Shown piece after piece: positions 21,316 through 31,083 of a stretch of DNA of 64,000 nt; the stretch's first letter is position 1, and each line of letters begins with the position of its first letter. The stretch is from NCBI GenBank assembly GCA_043811375.1, contig JBDRNJ010000064.1, forward strand, positions 32,001-96,000. Reading direction: 5' to 3'. Below the pieces are notes generated by a model. The model was not told the origin of the DNA. It saw only the letters and a program-made list of their open reading frames with translations, and ran no database searches. This stretch comes from a bacterium. Lineage in GTDB: Bacteria; Zixibacteria; MSB-5A5; GN15; FEB-12. The position numbers and the translations under genes are program-made.

Positions 21316-22248
21316 ATGAGCAAAACAGTACTGTTGTTTCCCGGACAGGGTTCCCAATATGTGGGAATGGCCAGGGAATTGTATGATGACTCGGCCGAGG
21401 TGCGGGCACTGTATGAACTGGCGTCCGACGAAATAGGCGCCGACATTGCAAAAGTATCTTTCGAGGGACCGGCTGATCAACTGAAGCAGACGCGCTTTAC
21501 ACAGCCGGCAATTCTTTTGCACTCACTGGCCGTGTTGACACATCTCGGTGATTCTCTGCCGGCTTTTGACTATGCGGCTGGCCATTCGTTGGGTGAATAT
21601 GGTGCTCTGGCAGTTACCGGTGCCCTTTCGTATGAGAACGCCGTCAGGGCCGTCGTCAAAAGGGCAGCCCTTATGGAGGAAGCCTGTCGCGCCAGACCCT
21701 CGACGATGGCTGCGATCATCGGTCTGGATGGTTCCCAGGTGGAACATTTGTGTGCGGAAGCGTCGGCCGTCGGTGTCGTGGTGGCGGCCAATTTCAACTC
21801 CGAGCGTCAGGTCGTAATATCCGGTGAACCGTCGGCAGTCCGAAAAGCTGTTGAGTTGGCGAAGGAAACGGGCGCCCGACGGGCGGTGATGCTGGAAGTG
21901 GGAGGAGCCTTCCATTCGCCGCTGATGCAATCGGCCTGTGAACCACTTCAGCAGTTCCTTAGCGGCCTGTCTTTCAATCGGCCTTCACAACCGGTGGTAG
22001 CCAATGTTACCGCTCAACCGGTCGATGAAGTCGGCGCCATACCGGAGTTACTGGTCCGGCAGTTGACGGCGCCGGTCAGGTGGGCCGAAACGATGAGTTT
22101 CCTGGCTGACAACGATGTGCACCAGGTGGTGGAATTGGGTCCGGGTAAGGTACTGTCGGCCCTGGCCAAACGCGACCTGCGTCCGGGAGAAATGTTCAAC
22201 CTTGATACGCTGGCGGATGTCGAAGCCTTCCAGGCTGTGAGCGTCTGA
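21316..22248 (+). CDS. fabD: Malonyl-CoA:ACP transacylase
   Basis: FPGQGSQ, GHSLGEY, GAFHS. Confidence 0.97.
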   Translation: MSKTVLLFPGQGSQYVGMARELYDDSAEVRALYELASDEIGADIAKVSFEGPADQLKQTRFTQPAILLHSLAVLTHLGDSLPAFDYAAGHSLGEYGALAVTGALSYENAVRAVVKRAALMEEACRARPSTMAAIIGLDGSQVEHLCAEASAVGVVVAANFNSERQVVISGEPSAVRKAVELAKETGARRAVMLEVGGAFHSPLMQSACEPLQQFLSGLSFNRPSQPVVANVTAQPVDEVGAIPELLVRQLTAPVRWAETMSFLADNDVHQVVELGPGKVLSALAKRDLRPGEMFNLDTLADVEAFQAVSV

Positions 22249-22263
22249 CCGGCTGGTGGTGAA

Positions 22264-22995
22264 ATGGATTTTGCCGATAAGACTGCGCTTGTGACCGGTT
22301 CCGCACGAGGGATTGGTCGAACTATTGCCGAACAACTGGCCCAACGTAACGCCAACGTCGTTATCTGTGATCTTGATCAGGCGGCAGTGGATAAAACTGC
22401 AGCTGAGATCCAGGGCAGGGTAATGGGCGTAAAGGCGGATGTGAGCGATTCCGGTGACATCGAGAATCTTTTCCGTCAAACAATGGACCGTTTCGGTCGG
22501 GTGGATATTGTGATCAACAATGCCGGTATCACTCGTGACGGCATTATCGTGCGCCTGGATGAAAAGGACTGGGATATGGTGCTTGACATCAATCTCAAGG
22601 GGGCTTTTCTTGTCACCAAAGCTGCCGCCAGGATCATGATGAAACAGCGCTGTGGGCGTATCGTGAACATAAGTTCGGTAATCGGTCTGGTTGGTAATGC
22701 CGGGCAGGCCAACTATGCTGCGTCCAAAGCCGGGCTGATCGGTCTGACCAAGTCCAGCGCCAAAGAGTTGGCACCGCGTGGTGTCACCGTTAATGCCGTG
22801 GCGCCGGGATTTATTACGACCGACATGACCGACGCTATACCGGACGCGGCGCGACAGCAGTTGCTCGAGCGGGTATTGCTCAAACGAGCTGGCACGCCGC
22901 TGGACGTTGCCTCGGCGGTGTTGTTTTTAGTCTCGGATGAGGCTTCATATATTACCGGTCAGGTGTTGACGATTGACGGCGGTCTATCCATGTAG
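22264..22995 (+). CDS. fabG: 3-oxoacyl-ACP reductase
   Basis: [21 protein letters not shown]. Confidence 0.96.
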   Translation: MDFADKTALVTGSARGIGRTIAEQLAQRNANVVICDLDQAAVDKTAAEIQGRVMGVKADVSDSGDIENLFRQTMDRFGRVDIVINNAGITRDGIIVRLDEKDWDMVLDINLKGAFLVTKAAARIMMKQRCGRIVNISSVIGLVGNAGQANYAASKAGLIGLTKSSAKELAPRGVTVNAVAPGFITTDMTDAIPDAARQQLLERVLLKRAGTPLDVASAVLFLVSDEASYITGQVLTIDGGLSM

Positions 22996-23033
22996 AGAAC
23001 AAAGAAAGTATTAACATATATAGGAGTTATGCC

Positions 23034-23276
23034 ATGTCTATTGAGGAGAAAGTTAAGGGAATTATCGTCGAGCAGTTGGGTGTTGAAGCCGGCCAGGTTA
23101 CCGACAGCGCCAAGTTTGTAGAGGACCTCGGTGCCGATTCGCTGGACACGGTGGAACTGGTAATGGCACTGGAAGAGGAATTCTCCATCGAGATACCGGA
23201 CGAAGACGCCGAGAAGATTATGGCTGTCTCCGATGCCATCGGGTATATCAAGAATCATTCCGAAAAAGTGCCATAG
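23034..23276 (+). CDS. acpP: Acyl carrier protein
   Basis: [14 protein letters not shown]. Confidence 0.97.
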   Translation: MSIEEKVKGIIVEQLGVEAGQVTDSAKFVEDLGADSLDTVELVMALEEEFSIEIPDEDAEKIMAVSDAIGYIKNHSEKVP

Positions 23277-23310
23277 ACTCCGTTAGCACCGGAATAAACA
23301 TTCTGACTGG

Positions 23311-24561
23311 ATGGGAATAATGATACGGAGTGTCGTTACCGGAATAGGTGTGGTGTCCCCTTTGGGGAATTCACTCGATGTAGTGTGGAAAGCGTTGCTT
23401 GAGGGCGAGTCGGGCGTCTGTGAGATCACAAAGTTTGACGTCTCCGACTACACCACCAAAATAGCCGGCGAGGTCAAGGATTTTGATGCAACGCAGTTTA
23501 TTGAGAAAAAGGAACTGCGTCGTATGGATATCGCTGAGCAATACGCTATTGTTGCGAGCGAAATGGCTCTAAAGGATTCGGGGCTGGATTTGCAGGCGGT
23601 CGATCTCGATCGCTGCGGGGTGGTGATCGGCTCAGGGATTGGAGGTATTTCCACCTTTGAAAAGCAACATGGCCAATTGCTGCGCTCTGGCCCGGGGCGC
23701 GTGTCACCGTTCTTTATCCCCATGATGATCATTGATATGTGCGCCGGACTGGTGTCTATCCGATATGGTTTTCGGGGACCAAACTACGCTACCGTGTCGG
23801 CCTGCGCGTCGTCGGCGCATGCTGTCATTGATTCGTTTCGGATTATCCAGCGCGGTGAAGCGGACGTGATGATTACCGGGGGTGCTGAAGCTACAATTAC
23901 TCCAACCGCTCTGGCCGGCTTTTGTCAGGCCAAAGCGCTCTCGACTCGTAACGACGAGCCAAAGAGAGCCTCTCGACCATTCGATAAGGAACGAGACGGA
24001 TTTGTGATGGGTGAAGGGTCTGCTATCCTGGTCGTCGAATCGTACGAACATGCCCGGGCTCGCAATGCGCGGATATACGGTGAGATTCTCGGTGCCGGCA
24101 TGACTGCGGACGCTTACCATATGACGGCGCCCCATCCGGAGGGTTATGGCGCTCGGCGAGCCATGAGTCTGAGCCTTCAGGATGCCGGCGTGTCTCCCGA
24201 TCGGGTTGACTATATCAATACTCATGGTACCGCCACCACCCTGGGAGATATCGCGGAAACCAGGGCGATCAAGGAAGTTTTAGGTGACCATGCCCTGGAA
24301 ATTCCATGCAACTCCACCAAGTCCATGATCGGACATCTGCTGGGCGCGTCCGGAGCCATCGAATTGGCAGTGGCGTTTAAGTCTATTCAGGAGCAGCAGG
24401 TACACCCGACTATCAATCTCGACTATCCGGATCCGGAGTGCGACCTGGATTACGTCAGTTCGGGCAAGAGAAAGTCTCGGATCGACTATGCTCTGTCCAA
24501 TTCATTCGGGTTCGGTGGTCACAACGTCTCCATACTGGTGGGCAAGTACAACGGCGCATAG
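23311..24561 (+). CDS. fabF: Beta-ketoacyl-ACP synthase II
   Basis: SACASS Cys, HGTAT, KSMIGHLLGA, SNSFGFGGHN. Confidence 0.97.
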   Translation: MGIMIRSVVTGIGVVSPLGNSLDVVWKALLEGESGVCEITKFDVSDYTTKIAGEVKDFDATQFIEKKELRRMDIAEQYAIVASEMALKDSGLDLQAVDLDRCGVVIGSGIGGISTFEKQHGQLLRSGPGRVSPFFIPMMIIDMCAGLVSIRYGFRGPNYATVSACASSAHAVIDSFRIIQRGEADVMITGGAEATITPTALAGFCQAKALSTRNDEPKRASRPFDKERDGFVMGEGSAILVVESYEHARARNARIYGEILGAGMTADAYHMTAPHPEGYGARRAMSLSLQDAGVSPDRVDYINTHGTATTLGDIAETRAIKEVLGDHALEIPCNSTKSMIGHLLGASGAIELAVAFKSIQEQQVHPTINLDYPDPECDLDYVSSGKRKSRIDYALSNSFGFGGHNVSILVGKYNGA

Positions 24562-24564
24562 TAA

Positions 24565-25317
24565 ATGAATCTGCCGGTCATACTCAGACGACTTTTGCAC
24601 TTACCAATTGCTGGTAAGGAATCACGATCGCTGGGAACCCTGCAACGGCGCATCGGCTACCAGTTTCGCGATGAACAACTGCTTGAAACGAGCCTGACCC
24701 ACAGATCGTTCACCCATAACCACAACCGTTCCGTTCAGTGCAACGAGCGCCTGGAGTTTCTGGGTGACTCCGTATTGGGATTGCTTATCGGGGAGCAACT
24801 CTATCGTGATCACACGAAGATGCAGGAAGGGAACCTGACTCAAACCAGAGCCTTACTGGTGAACGAATCGACCCTGGCTGACCTGGCCCGCAAGATCGAA
24901 CTCAACCGTTTTGTGCGGCTGGCTTCAGAAGAGGAGCGGGCCGGCGGCAGAGACCGCACGTCCATTATAGCGGATACTCTGGAGTCGATCATTGGCGCCG
25001 TTTACCTCGACGGCGGCCTGGACGCAGCCCGGGACGTGGTGTTGCGACTGATCTATGCGCACCGGGAGGAGATTGTCTCCGATGTTTCACGGCGTAATTT
25101 CAAGGGTGAACTGCTGGAGCTGGTTCAGGCCCGTGGCCAGGGGCTGCCCCGGTATGACGTCATCTCTGAGGACGGGCCGGATCATGAGAAAGTGTTCCAG
25201 GTCGAGGTGCATCTTAACGGACAAAGATTGGGCCTTGGTTCCGGGTTGAGCAAGAAAGAAGCCGAACAGAAAGCCGCTGCTATAGCTCTGGAATACTACG
25301 TCAGCCATTCGAAGTAA
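24565..25317 (+). CDS. rnc: Ribonuclease III
   Basis: NERLEFLGDSVL signature and C-terminal dsRBD (GPDH..SKKEAEQ). Confidence 0.97.
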   Translation: MNLPVILRRLLHLPIAGKESRSLGTLQRRIGYQFRDEQLLETSLTHRSFTHNHNRSVQCNERLEFLGDSVLGLLIGEQLYRDHTKMQEGNLTQTRALLVNESTLADLARKIELNRFVRLASEEERAGGRDRTSIIADTLESIIGAVYLDGGLDAARDVVLRLIYAHREEIVSDVSRRNFKGELLELVQARGQGLPRYDVISEDGPDHEKVFQVEVHLNGQRLGLGSGLSKKEAEQKAAAIALEYYVSHSK

Positions 25318-25445
25318 ATACGCGCTGAACTTAACACGGGGGCAACTCAAAACATTACAGGCGGACATCTCAGGTATCGCTTTTGGATGGCCGCGGCGAC
25401 GCCTGTCTGAGTCTGGCGCCGACCTCGTCAGCGCGTATTATGCAA

Positions 25446-27710
25446 CTACCGGCAATCCGGTGGCGGACCACCCTGGAACAGGTATGCTATCAGGCAGGTC
25501 AGATCGCTTACACTGATGCCGTTGAAGCCGTCCATGTCGGTTGTCTCCAGTACCGGCGGTGGGGCACCACTTCGGAACAGGTAATCGACCAGGTACTGGA
25601 TATCGGAAACGATAGGCCCATCACCATCACCGTCGACATCACCGCACAAAGCTACCAGAACCCGGCCGTTATCGACATACGGTTGATACTCTGCATATCC
25701 GGCGTCGAAATAGAGTGATTTCGAGGAAACTGTAGTGGTATCGAAAGTGTTGCTGTCGTAGCCGGAGACATGTCTGAAATAGAGATTAATGACCGGTCCG
25801 GTTCCGGGCGGCAGCGGCGGCGCCCCGTTGCCGTAATCGGCCACGAAATCAAAGGCAATCGTACCGGAGCTGGGGTCCATTGCCACCAGAGCGATTCTTT
25901 CAAAGTAGTCTGTACGGCAGGAGTTCGTATCAAAGTACAGATACTGCAGATTAACCGGTCCGCCGTAAGATACCGGCAATACGAAATGCCACAATGGGAA
26001 GATATTGGTCAGATATACCGGGACTATGAGTGTGTCTCCGGAACTGATAGCAAAGGTATGGTCATCGAACCGTAGTGTATCTCCCAGCACGATCACCATA
26101 TTTTTCTGAGTGTGGTTGTGCATACCGTCGGACAGCAGGTTCTGCAGGTAAACATCGTAGGCGCCGCCGGTATTGTATGTGTGCACCGGATTTTGAACCA
26201 GCGCGCTGTCATCGTCACCAAAGAGCCACCGCCATTCAGCGGCTCCAACTGAGCTGTCGGTAAACTGTACCGTCATCGGCGGCCAGCCGAAGGTTGTGTC
26301 GGCATAGAAATCAACCAGCGGTCGGTTGGTGTTGCCGTAGACATCGTTATAACCGTCCCAGTTGGCGACCGCCAGGTCATTCTTGAAAGAATACTGATAG
26401 TGAATAATGATGCTGCTAACAGACGCTTGTCCCAGCGACACCCAGCCCGACACCAGGTCATAGCAGTAGTCGGCGTGACTTAGCAATGAGCCGTCGACAA
26501 TGACCGAATCAATGGAGTAGAGATAGTGATATGCGGTGTAGAAGAGCTTGCACGGGTCCGGAGGATAAATCGTATCGACTCGCATCTCGACGCCGTCGCC
26601 ATCGACATCTACCCACGCCATTTCTTCCGCTACCGTGGAAATGTCGGAGCGCCAGACCGGAGTCGTGGTAAACGTAGTCCCCAGGTTTTCATAGATTCGC
26701 GGTCGATCAAACCAGCGCCCGGCAGCCAGATCTTCATCGCCATCGTTGTCGTAGTCGTACATCGCCAGGGCCGAACCATACCCGCCGTCGGAAGATTGCC
26801 AGCCATAATCCGGATTAAGATTACCGGCACCATCGTTGTAGTAGACTCGGAAATAACCGCCACCGCCCATCTGGCTGTTGAAAGCCACCACCAGGTCAAG
26901 CCAGCCGTCGCCGTTGACGTCGCCGAATATCAGGGTGTTGCTGTTTTCAGAATTGTTGGACTGCCATGATGGGGAAGTTTCCAGCCCCCCGGAGTTGTTA
27001 TAAAAAACAGCCGGTGCTCGATCATCGTAGCAAAAGGCCAGATCAAGATCGCCGTCGTTGTCGACATCACCCCAGGTGACATCCATAGCTTCAGTCGGAC
27101 TGGTCGACTGCCAGCCGGGTACTGTCTGGAAAGTCCCGTTGACGTTAATATAGACAAGGTCCCTTTCCTTGATAGTGTTATAACCTTCCCCGGTGGCGAA
27201 GGCCAGGTCGAGGTCACCGTCACCGTCGATGTCTCCCAGGGCACAGGAGAAAGTGTAGATACTGTCGGTGTACCAGTCCGGGGTGGTGTTGGGCAGGCTG
27301 GTAGAGTTGTAGTAGAGATTGGACAGTCCGGCGGTAGCGAAGCGATCTTCACCCAGATAGTTGGCCACGGCAAAATCGGGCCGGCCATCGTCGTCAATAT
27401 CACCCACCGCACAATGGCCGGAGTATTCGACGTTGCTGGAATACCACGAAGCGCTCGTGGTCGACAGAGAGCCATAGTCGGACAGATAGATGGCGTTGGC
27501 CGCCAGGGCCATATCGTTGCCGTTGGAGAAGAAGACGTCGATATAGCCGTCGTTGTTGCAGTCCCGCCAGATCATACCGGTAGAGTAGACGCCCGATTCG
27601 GATGACTGCCAGAAAGGGGTGGTCCCGATCGGTACCTGGGCGTCGGCGCCGTCGGCTAAAGCCGTTAGCGCGAATATAAATACAAGAATCGCAGGTAAAT
27701 GCTTAGACAT
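25446..27710 (-). CDS. Secreted FG-GAP/VCBS repeat protein with PKD, cohesin-like and C-terminal dockerin-like domains
   Basis: Signal peptide; about 7 GDxDxDGxxDL repeats; PKD (VQFTDSS..WLFGD..NPVHTY); CGDVDGDG..DIQYLVDYLF..D..DLTCLIAYLFQGGPPPDC. Confidence 0.87.
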   Translation of the reverse strand: MSKHLPAILVFIFALTALADGADAQVPIGTTPFWQSSESGVYSTGMIWRDCNNDGYIDVFFSNGNDMALAANAIYLSDYGSLSTTSASWYSSNVEYSGHCAVGDIDDDGRPDFAVANYLGEDRFATAGLSNLYYNSTSLPNTTPDWYTDSIYTFSCALGDIDGDGDLDLAFATGEGYNTIKERDLVYINVNGTFQTVPGWQSTSPTEAMDVTWGDVDNDGDLDLAFCYDDRAPAVFYNNSGGLETSPSWQSNNSENSNTLIFGDVNGDGWLDLVVAFNSQMGGGGYFRVYYNDGAGNLNPDYGWQSSDGGYGSALAMYDYDNDGDEDLAAGRWFDRPRIYENLGTTFTTTPVWRSDISTVAEEMAWVDVDGDGVEMRVDTIYPPDPCKLFYTAYHYLYSIDSVIVDGSLLSHADYCYDLVSGWVSLGQASVSSIIIHYQYSFKNDLAVANWDGYNDVYGNTNRPLVDFYADTTFGWPPMTVQFTDSSVGAAEWRWLFGDDDSALVQNPVHTYNTGGAYDVYLQNLLSDGMHNHTQKNMVIVLGDTLRFDDHTFAISSGDTLIVPVYLTNIFPLWHFVLPVSYGGPVNLQYLYFDTNSCRTDYFERIALVAMDPSSGTIAFDFVADYGNGAPPLPPGTGPVINLYFRHVSGYDSNTFDTTTVSSKSLYFDAGYAEYQPYVDNGRVLVALCGDVDGDGDGPIVSDIQYLVDYLFRSGAPPPVLETTDMDGFNGISVSDLTCLIAYLFQGGPPPDCR

Positions 27711-27821
27711 GGGTTTTCTCCGCTATACTTAGTGCAGTAAGTGCGTCGTATCTAATACAATATACAGAGAAGACTCAGATTTCCAAGCGTAAACTGGCAC
27801 AACATCTGCGTTGGATACAGA

Positions 27822-28784
27822 TCAGTGACCGGTGTCGTCGTACGTGGCCTGAAGATACCGCCCGATCCGGGCCAGGTTTTCACGCAGCTCCGGAGGGGAG
27901 ATAACCTCCACATCGGCGCCGAATCCCAGCAGCCAGCGCTGGATCTCTTCAATCCCACGGGTTGTAACCGAATACAACACCTCATCATCACTGAGGCGTT
28001 CTACGGACTCGTCCGTATGATGCGTCTCTGATTGTATCACCCGTGCGGAGGAGCCACGGAACCTGACTTCCACTTTAACCGGCTCGCCGCTGTATAGCTC
28101 CCAACTGCCTTCGAAGTAGGTTTCCGGCGAGATATCATCCCGCTTGTCAAAATGTTCGTCTAAGATTTTGACATTGAGGACGCGGTCGACGCGAAAGGTC
28201 CTCATCTCCCGGCGCGAGCGGCAATGGGCCACAAAATAGAAGGCGCGACCGCGGAACACTATGAAGTAGGGCTCAACGATCCTGGTGGTGACGCCTGACT
28301 GGATAGAATCATATTCCAGCTCAAGGCACCGCCACTCCGTTATCGCTTGCTCTATTACACCATAATACTGTTCACCCTTTTCCGTTTCCGCAGTAGTAAC
28401 GATTTCTATCCGAGTTGTTTCAGGTGTCAACCGTTGTGCTTTCTTAACGGAGTCTGATAAGCCGGCTTCGACCTTGGCCTTGATACGTTTGAGCAGGATT
28501 CGGTACTTGGCGGCCTTGGTCAGAGGTGACGACTCCAGGGCCAGTTTCAGGCACTGGTATTCATCGAAATCGAAATTCAGAGGGGGCAGGAAGTTACCGG
28601 AGGCCAGCCGGTAGCCATTGTCATAGTAGATAGGCACGTTGGCCTCCGAAAGCGCCACTATATCTCTGTAAATCGAGCGTTCCGTAACCCCGCACTCCTC
28701 GGCCAATTTGCGGGCATTCAGATTTCGGCGAGCCCGCAGCAGATTGAGGATATGTAACAGCCTGTCGTACTTGGACATTCCCAT
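27822..28784 (-). CDS. WYL-domain transcriptional regulator (HTH_11-WYL-WCX, YafY/PafB-like)
   Basis: LAEECGVTERSIYRDI HTH; RIVEPY..FYFVAHC..RTFRVDRV; WLLGFGADVEVISPPELR. Confidence 0.93.
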   Translation of the reverse strand: MGMSKYDRLLHILNLLRARRNLNARKLAEECGVTERSIYRDIVALSEANVPIYYDNGYRLASGNFLPPLNFDFDEYQCLKLALESSPLTKAAKYRILLKRIKAKVEAGLSDSVKKAQRLTPETTRIEIVTTAETEKGEQYYGVIEQAITEWRCLELEYDSIQSGVTTRIVEPYFIVFRGRAFYFVAHCRSRREMRTFRVDRVLNVKILDEHFDKRDDISPETYFEGSWELYSGEPVKVEVRFRGSSARVIQSETHHTDESVERLSDDEVLYSVTTRGIEEIQRWLLGFGADVEVISPPELRENLARIGRYLQATYDDTGH

Positions 28785-29011
28785 CAGTGTTTCTCCTGAC
28801 AGTAATATAACTAAAGTATCGCTTCAACTCAATATGGGGCCAATCCCACTGCGGTGGCTGCCGGTCAATCCATTCTCAGTCCCGGTGAAGTGGCCGGGTG
28901 TGGCTAACCTGCAATAACACAACAAGTTACGCCTATTTGACAGGTCCGGCACTCTCTTTGCACTTCTGGCGGGAGAAACAGTGGAATAACCCTTGAGTAT
29001 TGGGGGAGACT

Positions 29012-31072
29012 ATGTCAGGAGATCTTAGCAGGAGTAGCGGCTCATCTGAGGGCATGCTGGACTCCTTTCTGTTCAGATTCGGTACCAGGTTGCTTATGGG
29101 CCTGGGAGTGATCGTCATCATTCTGACTCTGACTCATTGTACTGTCAAGAAGCCGGAATCTCCACAATGGAACACGCAATTGACCATCCCGGTGGTCAAT
29201 CGAATCTACACCATGGATGAATTGATCGGCAAAATTGACCAGGATGGCGTGGGGATAGACTCGGCCGGGAATATTACTTTTTCAGTCACCGAGGAATTGG
29301 ACACGGTACGGTTGGATGAGGATATGTTGACGACATCCAACCTGTCCTATTCAGTCTCCGAGCAACTCGGTATTGTCAGTATTGATCCACCTGCCGTTGA
29401 TCCCGTTTCGGTATCGCTGGCCTCAATATCCGGTCTGGCCAGTTCGTTGCCGGGTGACAGTGCGGCGGTGGTGGCGACGAGTTTTGATCTGTTTAATGAT
29501 ATGCCCACCATCACCGAGTTCTCGTCGGCTACGATCACCTCCGGGCAGGTGAACATAGATGTTGACAACAATCTCGGTATCGATCTCGACACTGTAATCG
29601 TACAGCTCTATGATGTCGGCAACGCCGTGATAGTGGCGATCGACACGTTCCCGGGAGGGATCGCCGGTGGAGTGTCGGCCCAGTTACCGATCGTGCTGGA
29701 CGGTACGACGGTTTCCAACTCACTGAGAGTCATCAGCCATATACATACTCCCAGCGGCATTATCGATTCCGCCTCGACTCGTTACATCAGCACCGGACTC
29801 TCATTCAGCGACAGTCTGCAGGTCTCTTCAGCCATGGCCGAGATACCGGCTTTGTCGCGTTCGTTCACCCAGCAGGTGTTGTTGGGTGAAACGGATCGCA
29901 TCGATAGTGCCACTCTGGCGGCGGGCAACCTCAGCATGACTATCGTAAACGCCACCAACCTGACCGCCAGTGTGACCGTCAGCATCCCGGATGTCATTTC
30001 CGCGACGGGTGATTCACTGACTGTCGTCAGATCGGTGGCAGCTCGCCAGAATCTGGTGATTACTCAGGACCTGGCCGGTTACCGACTGGTGCCGACAGAT
30101 ATTTCGGTACCGCAGGGTCTGGATATCAACGTCGATGCCACAGCCCCCGGGACCGCACCACAACATGTTCAGGTAAGCCAGTCAGACAGCTTTCATGTCG
30201 AGGCATCTCTGATATCGCTGGCATTCAGCTCTGTCTCCGGTGTGTTCGATAGTGTCAGCGCCGGTTTTGCCGATATCGGGCAGGACATCGAGGTGCCGAG
30301 CGGTCTTGATTCGGTTCAGTTCGTGACCGCCGTATTGACCCTGGAGATTGAGAACGGTGTTGATTTGCCGGGTTCTCTTGATATCCAGATCACCGGAAAC
30401 AACGGTAAGAACCTGTCGTTCACGGGTGCCGTTGCCGCCGGCGGCAGCAGTTCGACTATCACCAGGCTCAGTGACAGCACTGTCGCTGATTTCCTGTCGC
30501 CAATTCCGTCTCATATCGATGTTTCCGGGTCAATTGTGATGGGCGATGGTGCCTATGCCGTTACGGTAAACGCCGATGATTTCGTGCTGGGACGGGTCAG
30601 GATCGAGGCCCCGCTGGAGATGGTCATTCCCCGAACCCAGGTCGAGACCGATATTGAAAGCGAAAAAATCGATCAGAACGATATCGACGTTATCACCGAC
30701 CACTTCATTTCCGGTCGGTTTGTATACAACATCATCAACCACCTGCCGCTGGGTGCCTACGTCAATGTGTTTTTCGCCGGTGACTCGGCCTCGGTTTACA
30801 CGGATCCTCTGAAGACCTTTGATTCCCTGTACATCACGGCCGCCCCGGTTTCAGCATCCGGAATCGTGACCGATACGGCAGCCACCGGCTACCAGGAAAT
30901 CTATATCGACAGCGCCGACGTACGTCGCCTGCTGGCCAATGACACGCTCTTTATCGGGCAGGAGTTGATTCTGGAAGGCTCCGGCGGACAGCCGGTCAAG
31001 CTGATGCAGAATGACTATGTGACGGTCATCGGGCGCTTCGAAATCGAGTATCTCTTCGACGGGGAATTCTAA
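29012..31072 (+). CDS. Large beta-rich putative lipoprotein
   Basis: Hydrophobic stretch ending LTHC (lipobox-like), then P.W...L.IP motif and repeated beta-rich segments; start uncertain (29012 with GGGGAG RBS, or 29054). Confidence 0.7.
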   Translation: MSGDLSRSSGSSEGMLDSFLFRFGTRLLMGLGVIVIILTLTHCTVKKPESPQWNTQLTIPVVNRIYTMDELIGKIDQDGVGIDSAGNITFSVTEELDTVRLDEDMLTTSNLSYSVSEQLGIVSIDPPAVDPVSVSLASISGLASSLPGDSAAVVATSFDLFNDMPTITEFSSATITSGQVNIDVDNNLGIDLDTVIVQLYDVGNAVIVAIDTFPGGIAGGVSAQLPIVLDGTTVSNSLRVISHIHTPSGIIDSASTRYISTGLSFSDSLQVSSAMAEIPALSRSFTQQVLLGETDRIDSATLAAGNLSMTIVNATNLTASVTVSIPDVISATGDSLTVVRSVAARQNLVITQDLAGYRLVPTDISVPQGLDINVDATAPGTAPQHVQVSQSDSFHVEASLISLAFSSVSGVFDSVSAGFADIGQDIEVPSGLDSVQFVTAVLTLEIENGVDLPGSLDIQITGNNGKNLSFTGAVAAGGSSSTITRLSDSTVADFLSPIPSHIDVSGSIVMGDGAYAVTVNADDFVLGRVRIEAPLEMVIPRTQVETDIESEKIDQNDIDVITDHFISGRFVYNIINHLPLGAYVNVFFAGDSASVYTDPLKTFDSLYITAAPVSASGIVTDTAATGYQEIYIDSADVRRLLANDTLFIGQELILEGSGGQPVKLMQNDYVTVIGRFEIEYLFDGEF

Positions 31073-31083
31073 CGGAGGTCACC

